Origin: Acidobacteriota bacterium
GTDB taxonomy: Bacteria; Acidobacteriota; Holophagae; Acanthopleuribacterales; Acanthopleuribacteraceae
Assembly: GCA_020637335.1 (NCBI GenBank)
Contig: JACJWC010000001.1
Location: forward strand, 192,996-224,995
DNA: 32,000 nt
Direction: 5' to 3'
Shown: piece by piece, positions 1 to 8,990 of the stretch
Layout: every line of letters starts with the position of its first letter
How positions within the stretch are numbered: position 1 is the first letter of the stretch
Notes under the pieces: model-generated
Databases searched by the model: none
Told to the model about the DNA's origin: nothing
What the model saw: the letters and a program-made list of their open reading frames with translations, nothing else
Translations under genes and position numbers: made by a program

Positions 1-867
1 GACTTTGTGGCTCAGATAACCTTCCAGGGAAAGGCTGTTATCGGTGACCTCATCTTCGGCCAAGATGTAACTGAGCCGGATCACGCCGGCTTTGAAGTTG
101 AAATGGGTGCGTTCACTAAAGTCGTTGCGAAAACCTAACGCACCTTGAGAAGTTTCGGCCTGACGGGGTGCCTCGTCGGAGGTGAAGTCGACATCGTGGT
201 GACTCAACTCGAGAAAGGGCCACAGGTTCTTAAAATTGCGCAAAACCCATAAGGTCCGAATGCCATCGTCCTTTTGATCCAGCAATTGCGAGAGGGTACC
301 TTTTTGGAACTCTAGCTCCCAATGAGTAGCTTCTACTTCCACCAAATTGTTAACCCCGATCAGGTGTTGGAAAAGCACCCCACCATTTCGGGATGTTTGC
401 AAGGGTCTCTCGTTTATTTCACTGCTGGGGTTGCGTAATTTGCGGTCATACCCCGCCTCAAATCGAATGTACCCGCGTTTAAACAGACCGTAAAACCCCA
501 AATTGAGATCGCCTCGGTGCCCACCAAACTCGCTGTGCTGATTAAACCAATCGTATTGATAGCTGCCATCCGATTTAAAAAAGAAGCGGCTGGAAAAGCG
601 TGCCAGTGCGGTGAGCCGAATTTGAGCGGTGGCGTGTTCGTCTTCCAGAGGTTCTTCTGCCTGAAAGGTGATATTGTCCTCGTAGCCGGCATCGCGAATG
701 GAAAGGGTGGGATCCAGGCCAAAGCGACCCGAGCGCCAAAAACTTAAGGCCAATTCGCTATCTACATCTGGCCGATCATTTATATTGCCACTGCGAAACC
801 GTTCCCGATCATTGCCTTGAGCAAAAACGAGGCCTGTAATGATCCACATAAGGGCCAAAATCCGCAT
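1..867 (-). CDS. secreted protein, possibly an outer-membrane beta-barrel (C-terminus lies beyond the left edge)
   Basis: Absent from the ORF track because it runs off the window. The minus frame with codons 865-867, 862-864 ... 1-3 has 289 codons and no stop. ATG at 865-867 is preceded by GGGGGAG about 5 nt upstream. The N-terminus MRILALMWIITGLVFAQG looks like a signal peptide. The rest has an alternating aromatic/polar strand-like pattern (SYQYDWFNQH, LGFYGLFKRGYIRFEAGY). The gene call is solid; the product call is weak. Confidence 0.6.
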   Translation of the reverse strand, partial: MRILALMWIITGLVFAQGNDRERFRSGNINDRPDVDSELALSFWRSGRFGLDPTLSIRDAGYEDNITFQAEEPLEDEHATAQIRLTALARFSSRFFFKSDGSYQYDWFNQHSEFGGHRGDLNLGFYGLFKRGYIRFEAGYDRKLRNPSSEINERPLQTSRNGGVLFQHLIGVNNLVEVEATHWELEFQKGTLSQLLDQKDDGIRTLWVLRNFKNLWPFLELSHHDVDFTSDEAPRQAETSQGALGFRNDFSERTHFNFKAGVIRLSYILAEDEVTDNSLSLEGYLSHKV

Positions 868-991
868 ATCATCTCCCCCATCGCTTCAAGCAAAAAATGC
901 TATGCTCACCTTTTGCATGCGTTTGGCTCAAGATTGTAAGCCATTTTGGTATGATGGCCCAGAAATGAACTAATGGGGAGAACCGGCATCC

Positions 992-2554
992 ATGGTGCGA
1001 TTGATTGGGTTGTTTGTTGTAGTTGGTTGGCTCCACGCGCAAAACCCTTTTTATTTGCGAACCTTTGAGGATGGTCAACGGGCCCTGGCTGAAAAGAACT
1101 GGCCGCTTGCGATTACCTTTCTGGAAATCTCTTCGTTTGGATTTTTAGATGAAGACGAAATGTTTGTAAAAGCCTTGGTTCAACTCAGTTTCGCCTACGA
1201 CAAAGTCCAAAATAAAGAAAAACGCGATGAGGTACTCTTTCGCATTCGCTCCTATTTTGGGCAAAATTTTGAGAAACCCGAAGGCATTTCAGACGACCAA
1301 TGGCGCACGTTCCAATTATTGTCCACGGGCAAACCCGAACTGGTGAAATTGGTTGAAAGTAATGACTTTAATGCCCTTGATAGCTATTTGGCGGTCAACC
1401 CTGAAACGCCAGAATTGTGGTCGCGTTACCTGTCTCTCGCCAAAACCAAAGATCAATGGGAACGCGCGCGGAAAAAGGCGCTAACCGCTAATCAAGCAGA
1501 ATTTCCAAAAGGCGCCCTGCTGGAAGCCGCCACGCGTGGCTTAAAAGAGGACGCGACCGCTTTGGCTGAGCGTTTATTGCGTTTGGACGGGAAGTCGTCC
1601 CTGGCCAACGAATATCTGGGCAATCGGGCGGTCGAAAAAAAAGATTGGGCACGTGCCGAACGCTTTTACCAATCTGTAACCCAATGGAGCCTGGCAGAAA
1701 GTCAAGCCATGCGCAGCTTATTGGCCCAACACAACGCAAATCCTTCGCCTGCACCCAACAACCCGCCTAAATCGACCGCGTCGACCAACCGTCAGGATCG
1801 CGCTTCCGCCGTTCGCGCCCAGTTGGACCGCAATGACCTGAAGGCTGCAGCTGATGGGCTGCGCAGCTTAGGCGAAGAAAACGCATCAGATGCCATCTAC
1901 ATGGAGCTGTATGCCGAATACTGTTATCGCAAAGGTGACGATCAGCTGCTGGTCGATAGTTTGGGTGCCCTGCAAACACGGACGCCGCGCATACGCTATT
2001 TCCTGGCCTTGAGCCACGCCCGATTGGGCCATCATCAACTCGCATACGATCTGCTCAACGAGTTGTCTGGCAGCGATTTCCCAGAACTTGAGGCCAAAAA
2101 AGCGGAGCTGGCTGCTCAACTGCAAAAAAAAAACAGTAATTTAAGCGAAGAGCGACGTGTCCTTGAGCGTCAATTATCTGGTCAGAAAGAACAATCCTCC
2201 TGGCAGAGGCTCATTTACGTGTTGATGGAGCTCAACGAATGGACCCAAGCCCAATCAGAACTAAGCGAATACCAAACCGTTTTTGGCGGGATGGTCGGCA
2301 ACTATTTTCGGGCCCGTTTGGATCTGTTTCACGGCGATTTTGAAGCAGCAGGCCATCAATTTTCCGAATTGGCCAATGCTGGTTTTCAGCAGATGGACAC
2401 CTTTTATTTTGGCGGGGTCGCCTTTTTTAATGCCAAACAGTGGGCACTTGCCGATTACATGTTTCAACGCGCGCTCAAAGGTCCTTCTGAACATGAAAAA
2501 CAGATTCAGGTCTATTTAACTGAATTGCGGCAACATAATAAGAAGCCCAATTGA
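992..2554 (+). CDS. TPR-like helical repeat protein with an N-terminal signal-like segment
   Basis: 520-aa ORF with ATG at 992 and GGGGAG upstream. Hydrophobic N-terminus MVRLIGLFVVVGWLHAQ. Repeated helical A/L/Y/W-spaced segments (GDFEAAGHQFSELANAG, KQWALADYMFQRALK) and a low-complexity linker PSPAPNNPPKSTAST. It is divergent from the 1-867 gene. Confidence 0.7.
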   Translation: MVRLIGLFVVVGWLHAQNPFYLRTFEDGQRALAEKNWPLAITFLEISSFGFLDEDEMFVKALVQLSFAYDKVQNKEKRDEVLFRIRSYFGQNFEKPEGISDDQWRTFQLLSTGKPELVKLVESNDFNALDSYLAVNPETPELWSRYLSLAKTKDQWERARKKALTANQAEFPKGALLEAATRGLKEDATALAERLLRLDGKSSLANEYLGNRAVEKKDWARAERFYQSVTQWSLAESQAMRSLLAQHNANPSPAPNNPPKSTASTNRQDRASAVRAQLDRNDLKAAADGLRSLGEENASDAIYMELYAEYCYRKGDDQLLVDSLGALQTRTPRIRYFLALSHARLGHHQLAYDLLNELSGSDFPELEAKKAELAAQLQKKNSNLSEERRVLERQLSGQKEQSSWQRLIYVLMELNEWTQAQSELSEYQTVFGGMVGNYFRARLDLFHGDFEAAGHQFSELANAGFQQMDTFYFGGVAFFNAKQWALADYMFQRALKGPSEHEKQIQVYLTELRQHNKKPN

Positions 2555-2626
2555 TTGGCTGTGTGATCCAACTCACCTTTCCGATCGATTGGCCGGGTTA
2601 GCCTTTTCAAGGTTGAGGTGGGTTTC

Positions 2627-3619
2627 ATGCTGAGCTTGGCGTTCTGGATTTTGCTGCAGGGAATTGATGCGGGTCCTGTTGCCGTGTCATGTGATGGTTC
2701 GCCTGTAACGTTAACGGCCATTCCGTATGGTTTGGGCATGCCTGTTCCCGAGTACTTCATTTTGTGGGATGGAGCGGGTGAAGCATACGAACATTATGTG
2801 GCAGCGCCAACCGCTACCACCCAGTACCATGTGACGCTTTCGGTTGGGATCAATACTTATGAGGATTGGGTGACGGTTTTGGTTCATCCGGGTGATCCTG
2901 ACCTCAACCACGACGGCATGCAAAACGATGCAGACTGGAACACATTTTTTGCAGGCTGGGCGGGACCCGTAGATGGGCCCGGCGATTTGGATCCGGACTT
3001 GGATGGTCGGGTCAGCATTCTGGACTGGTTTTACATTTGCAATTTTCAACGCAACCCTATTAATACCCCGCCGACCCTGAGTGTGACTTCGCCGATCCTC
3101 GTTACCAACAGCACCGTCATTGTGCCGACCATGTATGCGGATGGCGAGTCAGCAGTAACTTTGCGTATCCTGGACGCACCCATGAATGGCAGCGCCTTTT
3201 TCACCTCGGGTAACCTGCGCTACCAGCCGTTTATGTCCTTCATGTGCAACGACGATTTTGTGGTTGATGCCTGGGACGGTGTTTATAACAGCCCACCGCG
3301 CAGCGTTTCGGTCATGCGGCTTCAAGTTGATGATTGGACAGATCTCCATGATGAAATCTTTTTCCCCATCTGCCGCGATTGTCATCTTTTGGGTAACACG
3401 GAAGGTATGTTCTCTATGGACACGTATGCTTCAGCAATGGCGGGTGGCCAAAGCATGTTACCGGGTTTCACACCGTACCAACCGCAGAACAGTCAAATTT
3501 ATGTGCGAACGGCGGCCGGCGATATGCCAAAAGGCGGCCCGCCCCTTACCTCTGAACAGTTAAGTCGCATTTTGGACTGGATCAATGCCGGGGCTCTGGA
3601 ACACAATATCTGTCCATGA
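2627..3619 (+). CDS. secreted protein with dockerin/EF-hand-like Ca-binding loops and a C-terminal planctomycete-type cytochrome c (PSCyt1-like) domain
   Basis: I prefer ATG 2627 (GAGGTGG 5-6 nt upstream) over the track start GTG 2618. Signal-like N-terminus MLSLAFWILLQGIDAG. Two DxDxDG-type loops (DPDLNHDGMQNDAD, DPDLDGRVSILD). A CxxCH heme-attachment motif ICRDCH at 3371-3385 is followed by GDMPKGGPPLTSEQLSRILDWINAGA, the pattern I associate with the PSCyt1 domain. The stop overlaps the next start (ATGA at 3616-3619). Confidence 0.75.
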   Translation: MLSLAFWILLQGIDAGPVAVSCDGSPVTLTAIPYGLGMPVPEYFILWDGAGEAYEHYVAAPTATTQYHVTLSVGINTYEDWVTVLVHPGDPDLNHDGMQNDADWNTFFAGWAGPVDGPGDLDPDLDGRVSILDWFYICNFQRNPINTPPTLSVTSPILVTNSTVIVPTMYADGESAVTLRILDAPMNGSAFFTSGNLRYQPFMSFMCNDDFVVDAWDGVYNSPPRSVSVMRLQVDDWTDLHDEIFFPICRDCHLLGNTEGMFSMDTYASAMAGGQSMLPGFTPYQPQNSQIYVRTAAGDMPKGGPPLTSEQLSRILDWINAGALEHNICP

Positions 3620-4551
3620 ACCTATCACACGCTCTGGTTTGCCAAGGCCTCATTAAACGATACGGATCGTTAACTGCTGTTGATCATCTGGACTTGGAAA
3701 TCCCGGTAGGCCGCTGTTATGGCTTGTTGGGTCCGAACGGTGCGGGCAAGACCACAACCATCGAAATGTTGGAAGGGATTACGGTACCCGATGGCGGTGA
3801 AATTCAAGTCCTCGGCCATTCCTGGCGTGATAAGCCCGATGCGATTCGGCAAAAATTGGGCATCCAACTCCAGGAGACCCAGTTTCAGGGTAAGTTACGT
3901 GTCCAGGAAGTCTTGGCCATGTATGGCAGTTTCTACCATTGCCACAAGTCTGTCGAAGATCTCCTGCGCATCATTTCTTTGGTCGAGAAACGAAACAGTT
4001 TCGTCGAGAATCTGAGTGGTGGCCAGAAACAGCGGTTGGCTTTGGGTTGTGCCTTGGCCGGCGATCCTGACATTTTATTTTTGGATGAACCGACTACTGG
4101 CCTGGATCCGCAGGCGCGACGCCAGATCTGGGAACTCGTTCTGGCCCACAAAGCGGAAGGCAAAACCGTTGTGATTACAACCCATTACATGGATGAAGCC
4201 CAGCAGCTGTGCGATGAAATTGGGATCATGGACCAAGGTAAATTAATTGCCCAAGGTTCGCCAGCCCAGCTGATTGCCTCGTTGGGCGGTGATCACATTA
4301 TTGAATGGCAAGTGGAAGAGCCGATAGATCTGCGCGAATCGGAAATGTTAGCCATCAAGTCCGCCGTTACTTTCCGCCAAAAAAGTGCAACGGAGTATGT
4401 GTTAACCGTGCAGCAGCTCCATCATGCGCTTCCCGAACTCATGCTAGACTTGGAGCGCCGTTCCGCAGCGCTTCAAGCCCTTTCCACCCATCAGGCCAGT
4501 TTGGAAGATGTGTTTTTGAACTTGACGGGCCGGTCGTTGAGGGAGCCTTGA
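3616..4551 (+). CDS. ABC transporter ATP-binding protein (ABC-2/DrrA-like exporter subunit)
   Basis: Walker A GPNGAGKTT (3730-3756), ABC signature LSGGQKQR, Walker B ILFLDEPTTGLD and H-loop TTHYMDEA. Confidence 0.95.
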   Translation: MNLSHALVCQGLIKRYGSLTAVDHLDLEIPVGRCYGLLGPNGAGKTTTIEMLEGITVPDGGEIQVLGHSWRDKPDAIRQKLGIQLQETQFQGKLRVQEVLAMYGSFYHCHKSVEDLLRIISLVEKRNSFVENLSGGQKQRLALGCALAGDPDILFLDEPTTGLDPQARRQIWELVLAHKAEGKTVVITTHYMDEAQQLCDEIGIMDQGKLIAQGSPAQLIASLGGDHIIEWQVEEPIDLRESEMLAIKSAVTFRQKSATEYVLTVQQLHHALPELMLDLERRSAALQALSTHQASLEDVFLNLTGRSLREP

Positions 4552-5582
4552 ACCCGGTGAACCACCCGCTTTACCACCTCGTCCTTGCCCGCTTGCGTGA
4601 ACTCTACCGCGAACCCGGGGTCCTGTTTTGGGTGTTTGGCTTCCCGCTCCTTCTGGCCATTTGCTTGGGCATCGCTTTTCGCGATAAACCGCCTGCCCCT
4701 TCGCCAATTGGCGTGGATATGCGCCTCGCAGGTGCAGACCAACTCGTGGCTCAGATGAATGCCGATCCGCTGATTCGGGCCACACCGGTTCAGGCCGACT
4801 GGGAACAGGCGCTGATTCGCGGCGATGTTCTGGTGCTTGTGCTTCAGGGTCCATCGGGTCCTGAACTGATTTACGATCCGGCCCGTGAAGGTGCGCTTTT
4901 GGCCAAAGTTCTGGCCGAACGCCACTTGCAAAATCCGGATGCGCAGCTGGTTTCTGTGCCTGAACGTTTCCTCTCCGAACCCGGGTCGCGTTATATCGAT
5001 TTTCTATTACCAGGTCTGCTGGGCGTGAATCTGATGAGCTCCAGTTTGTGGGGCATCGGCTGGGCGATTGTCCAAGCGCGCGGGCGGAAACAGCTTAAAC
5101 GTTTGGCGGCAACGCCTATGCTGCGAACTCATTACATGACCTCCCAGTTACTGGCGCGCGCCGTTTTGATGCTTGTGGAAGTTACGGTTTTGGTTCTTTT
5201 TGGTGAATGGGTGTTCTCCATCCCCATGCGCGGATCGTGGCTTGATTTGATGCTCGTCTCCTTTGTAGGGACAGGCTGCTTTGCCGGGATCGCCTGTTTA
5301 TTGGCAACCCGTACAGAGCGTAATGAAGTCATTTCGGGCTTAATGAACCTGGTCATGTTACCCATGTATGTGCTCAGTGGTGTCTTTTTCTCCAAAGCCA
5401 ATTTCCCAGATTTTTTGCAGCCGATCATCAATTTGTTGCCTTTAACCATGCTCAATGACGCCTTGCGCGGGATCCTCCTTGAGGGAGATTCGTTTTGGGT
5501 TTACTGGCCACAAATGGCAGGATTACTGGTCGTGGGCCTGATCAGTTTTGCCTTGGCTTTGCGCTTCTTTCGCTGGAAATAG
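4548..5582 (+). CDS. ABC-2 type transporter permease
   Basis: It has one N-terminal TM segment (VLFWVFGFPLLLAICLGIAF), a roughly 100-aa loop and then several C-terminal TM segments. The track ORF start at 4305 lies inside the ATPase gene in another frame and is rejected. Likely starts are TTG 4548 (TTGA overlap with the ATPase stop) or GTG 4557, and the exact start is uncertain. Confidence 0.8.
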   Translation: MNPVNHPLYHLVLARLRELYREPGVLFWVFGFPLLLAICLGIAFRDKPPAPSPIGVDMRLAGADQLVAQMNADPLIRATPVQADWEQALIRGDVLVLVLQGPSGPELIYDPAREGALLAKVLAERHLQNPDAQLVSVPERFLSEPGSRYIDFLLPGLLGVNLMSSSLWGIGWAIVQARGRKQLKRLAATPMLRTHYMTSQLLARAVLMLVEVTVLVLFGEWVFSIPMRGSWLDLMLVSFVGTGCFAGIACLLATRTERNEVISGLMNLVMLPMYVLSGVFFSKANFPDFLQPIINLLPLTMLNDALRGILLEGDSFWVYWPQMAGLLVVGLISFALALRFFRWK

Positions 5583-5707
5583 CCTAAATTCAGACTCGTT
5601 GAACCTAAAAGTGTGTGAAATCGCACATTTTTTACCCGACAAGTAATCCATGGCGTCATTTGGTTTGTCCCTCCAACTGCGGATGTGAAACCGACAATGG
5701 AGGCTTT

Positions 5708-7510
5708 ATGAACCGACGTTCTATGCGGACCCTCATCGTTTGCCTTTTGGGAGCAGCCCTCTTTGCCCACGAAGGCATGACCGCTGACGCCTGCTCCTCG
5801 GAGGCCACCTTACAAAACCTCAACCAACAAACCCAACTGTTGTTCAAGGGTCAAAGCGCCTCTGCCAAGGCCGCGGCCCAACCGATCAACGAAATTGATG
5901 ACCAGGTTTTTGCCAAATGGAAAGAACTGGACATTCCCACCAACGGTATTTGTGATGATGCCACGTTTCTGCGCCGGGCCAGTTTGATCCTGACTGGCAG
6001 AATCCCCGACCCCAACCTGACCCGTTCGTTCCTCACCAGTACCAATCCCAATAAACGCGACGATCTCATAGATAGCTTGATGAAATCGGAAGCCTTTGAG
6101 ACCCATTGGGCGTTCTGGTTCCAGGAAATGTTTCAGGTTTCGGGCCGCATCCTGCGCGGCGGTCGCGATATCTACGATGCCTACTTCAAGCAAGTGGTTC
6201 AGGAAGACAAACCCATGGACCAGATGGCCTATGAAATCCTGACAACCCTGGGACAAAGTGATCTGGTACCTCAACCCAATTTCTATGTTCGGGCCAATGA
6301 TACCGTTCGTGTGGTTCAAGACTTTTACGACAATGCGGCCATCCATGCAGCCCAAAAGTTCCTCGGTTTACAGATTGAATGTATCAGCTGTCACGATGGC
6401 GCTTATCACCTCGAAAACATCAACCTTTTCCTGGCCGATAAGAAACGCGAGGACCTGTGGGCCATGGCCGCTTATTTTTCGGAACTGCAACGCCGGCCCG
6501 CTACCCGCTCCGATAATCTGATCTTGAGTTTACTCATCGCTAAACAACGTGGTGGGTCGCAGGGCTATCTGGCTGAAAGCGACACTGGCGATCGGCCGGC
6601 GCGCGAGGGCGGCTTGATTACGCCCAGGTACCTATTGGATGACAGTAAACCGGCAACCGGTGCCCCTTTCCTGGAAACGTTTGCGGAAAAAATCATCGGT
6701 GACCGTCAGTTTGCGCGCAATTTTGCCAACCGATTCTGGGCGCATTGTTTCGGCATGGGTATGGTCGAGCCCATCGATGCCATGGATCCCCTGCGTATCG
6801 ATGCCAATTTGAGCCTGCCTGAAGGTTGGGATTACCAAAGCAGCGACCTGGCCCTGTTAGAGTTCATGACGGATCTGTTTATCCAGTCCAACTACCAGTT
6901 CAAACCGTTTCTGCGCAAAATCGTCAGTTCAGCTACGTTCCAGATGGACTCCCAATTTAATGCTGAGTGGGACCCTGCCTGGACTCCGTATTATGCGCGC
7001 TACATGGCCAAACGCTTAAGTGCTGAATCGGTTTACGACAGTTTGGTGGTGGGAACAGGCGTTGCCACGCAATTGGCCAATACCGGTTCAACTCGCGATG
7101 CGGCGATTACTCGCGTCTTTTATGCCCATGAACTTCTGGATACGGACCAACCGCGCGGTGGAGATCAAACAGTGACCAGCTTTCTCGATACCTTTGGCCG
7201 CGGGAACCGTTACGATATCCCGCGCTCACCAGAGGGCAGTATTGCGCAAGCCCTGCTCATGATGAATTCGGGGGTTGTGAATAGCCGGTTGCTGGCCCCG
7301 ATTAGTCGCATCAGCGGATATCTACAACAACGCCAATCAGCTGAGACTATTGTGGATAACCTTTACTTGGACTTATTGGTCCGCATGCCAACGGCAGAAG
7401 AAAAAGCAACCCTGCTCGAGGCGGTCAGTTCCTTCTCAACGACACAAGATCAGGCGGCAGCTGCTGTTTGGTTGTTGGTCAATAAACTCGAATTCCTGTT
7501 CGTCTACTAG
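5708..7510 (+). CDS. DUF1549/DUF1553 (PSCyt2/PSD1-type) domain protein, secreted
   Basis: ATG 5708 follows GGAGG at 5698-5702, whereas the track start 5615 has no RBS. Signal peptide MNRRSMRTLIVCLLGAALFAHEG. DUF1549-like LRRASLILTGRIPDP and CISCHDGAYH. DUF1553-like FLDTFGRGNRYD and QALLMMNSGVV near the C-terminus. Confidence 0.85.
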   Translation: MNRRSMRTLIVCLLGAALFAHEGMTADACSSEATLQNLNQQTQLLFKGQSASAKAAAQPINEIDDQVFAKWKELDIPTNGICDDATFLRRASLILTGRIPDPNLTRSFLTSTNPNKRDDLIDSLMKSEAFETHWAFWFQEMFQVSGRILRGGRDIYDAYFKQVVQEDKPMDQMAYEILTTLGQSDLVPQPNFYVRANDTVRVVQDFYDNAAIHAAQKFLGLQIECISCHDGAYHLENINLFLADKKREDLWAMAAYFSELQRRPATRSDNLILSLLIAKQRGGSQGYLAESDTGDRPAREGGLITPRYLLDDSKPATGAPFLETFAEKIIGDRQFARNFANRFWAHCFGMGMVEPIDAMDPLRIDANLSLPEGWDYQSSDLALLEFMTDLFIQSNYQFKPFLRKIVSSATFQMDSQFNAEWDPAWTPYYARYMAKRLSAESVYDSLVVGTGVATQLANTGSTRDAAITRVFYAHELLDTDQPRGGDQTVTSFLDTFGRGNRYDIPRSPEGSIAQALLMMNSGVVNSRLLAPISRISGYLQQRQSAETIVDNLYLDLLVRMPTAEEKATLLEAVSSFSTTQDQAAAAVWLLVNKLEFLFVY

Positions 7511-7521
7511 GGAGGTACAGC

Positions 7522-8871
7522 ATGTTAAGACGATCTTTTTTACAAATCGCCGGAATCGGTGCCTCTGCAGGATTAAGCGGATTGCGTTTATCTGCCAAAC
7601 CTTTAGGCGAAACAGGTGCTGCCGATGTAACCCCGCGGGGTAGTGCCGAAAACGTGATCCTGGTTTTTCTGACCGGAGCCCCCAGCCATGTCGATACCTT
7701 TGACCTAAAGGTGGGTGGCTGGACCCCTTCCGATTTTGAACCAACCCAATTTGGGAACTTCACCCTGTCGGCAAAACTCTTTCCGCAGCTGGGCGCTCAA
7801 TACGACAAGTTTTCCCTGTTGCGCTGTATTGAGGGCGATGAAGCCGTTCACCAGCGCGCTCAATACGTGATTCAAACAGGCCATACCTTCAATCCGGTCT
7901 TCTCCAAAGAACAACCGCATGTGGGTAGTTTGGTCGCATATGAACTGGAAGCCCGTCGCAAAGCATCCGATATCCTGCCCGGTTTTGTAGCGATCAATGG
8001 CGTTTCTGGTGTACAGGGGCCGGGCCTTTTGCCGAGCACCTATGCGGCACTAAAATTCGAGGCCAATGGTGGCTTGAGCGGATTGGCGCATCCCAGTGGC
8101 CAGGCTGTGTTTGATCAACGGTTTGCGGCTTTACTTAAAACAGATACGGACCGATCGATGCTGGCTTCGCGCGGTGCGGCCATTTCCGACTTCCATCATT
8201 TCTATACCTTGGGTGAACAAATGATGTACGAGCCCGATGTGGAAGATGCGCTCAGCGTGACTGATGAAGAGTTACAACGCTATGGCAATTCCTCGGTTGG
8301 GCGCGGCTGCGCAATGGCGGTCAAACTCTTGGCCAAAAATCGCGGTACCCACATGGTCCAAATCGCTCATGGCAGTTGGGACCACCACTACAGTATTTAC
8401 AGCACGGCTGGTAACGATAACCTGTACAACCGCTGCGCCGAACTCGATCCCGCATTGGCATCCATGCTGGCCGATTTAGCTCAAGCGCCCGGTGTGCGCG
8501 GCGGCAGCCTCTTGGACGAAACGCTGGTAGTGGTGACCGGTGAGTTTGGTCGGACACCCGGTGATCTGACCCGTAATGCCGGACGTGACCATTATCAGTA
8601 TGTGTGGTCTTCACTGGTTGCGGGCGGTGGGATTCGAGGCAATCAGGTGTTTGGTGCAACGGATCCTTATGGTTATGGTGCGATCGATCGGTTTTGGTCA
8701 AAAGACCGCGGCATTACGCCATACGATTTGCAGGCAACCATGCTGAGTTCTCTGGGCATCGACTGGACCAAGGAAATCCAGGAGACACCTAGCGGACGTG
8801 CCTACGAATACACACCCAAGTACAATGGCGTAGCCGGATACTACACCGACATTGTGGAAATGTTCAGCTGA
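7522..8871 (+). CDS. DUF1501 family protein (sulfatase/alkaline-phosphatase-like fold) with a twin-arginine signal
   Basis: GGGAGG lies upstream of ATG 7522. TAT-type N-terminus MLRRSFLQIAGIGASAG. Characteristic GAPSHVDTFDLK, HGSWDHH and TGEFGRTP segments. It sits in the usual position directly after a DUF1553 gene. Confidence 0.9.
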   Translation: MLRRSFLQIAGIGASAGLSGLRLSAKPLGETGAADVTPRGSAENVILVFLTGAPSHVDTFDLKVGGWTPSDFEPTQFGNFTLSAKLFPQLGAQYDKFSLLRCIEGDEAVHQRAQYVIQTGHTFNPVFSKEQPHVGSLVAYELEARRKASDILPGFVAINGVSGVQGPGLLPSTYAALKFEANGGLSGLAHPSGQAVFDQRFAALLKTDTDRSMLASRGAAISDFHHFYTLGEQMMYEPDVEDALSVTDEELQRYGNSSVGRGCAMAVKLLAKNRGTHMVQIAHGSWDHHYSIYSTAGNDNLYNRCAELDPALASMLADLAQAPGVRGGSLLDETLVVVTGEFGRTPGDLTRNAGRDHYQYVWSSLVAGGGIRGNQVFGATDPYGYGAIDRFWSKDRGITPYDLQATMLSSLGIDWTKEIQETPSGRAYEYTPKYNGVAGYYTDIVEMFS

Positions 8872-8895
8872 GCCAATTCCAACGCCACCCCCTTT

Positions 8896-8939
8896 AAATG
8901 GCCAGAATCTGTCTTGTTTTTGACGTGTTCTGGCCATTT
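8896..8939 (+). terminator. perfect 12-bp inverted repeat hairpin downstream of the DUF1501 gene (terminator or protein-binding palindrome)
   Basis: AAATGGCCAGAA (8896-8907) and TTCTGGCCATTT (8928-8939) are exact reverse complements separated by a 20-nt T-rich loop. There is no separate U-tract beyond the TTT inside the stem. Confidence 0.45.
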
Positions 8940-8990
8940 CTCCCTTAGAATGATGTTAATTTGCGGATTGCAATCTCAAGGAGGGGTGTG

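Noticed and set aside
2124-2133. A10 homopolymer inside the TPR-like gene (QLQKKNSN) as a slipped-strand phase-variation site.
   Set aside because: A7-A8 runs also occur in several other genes and intergenic regions of the window (for example near 1634, 11959, 16267 and 21494). It encodes an ordinary Lys-Lys-Asn stretch, and a single sequence gives no evidence of length variation.
1-2554. The beta-barrel-like gene next to the TPR gene as a Slam-like (TPR + barrel) surface-lipoprotein export system.
   Set aside because: In Slam proteins the two parts are one polypeptide, whereas here they are separate, divergently transcribed genes. I cannot verify the barrel family by eye, and no lipoprotein cargo gene is adjacent.
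4305-4931. Long overlapping or antisense ORFs in the track: the 4305 extension of the permease ORF, 4444-4854 and 4491-4931 on the minus strand. Similar shadow ORFs lie opposite most genes, for example 5810-6355, 19364-19706 and 25234-25787.
   Set aside because: They lie inside well-supported genes in other frames, have Arg/Pro/Gly-rich compositions typical of off-frame translation, and lack RBSs and motifs.
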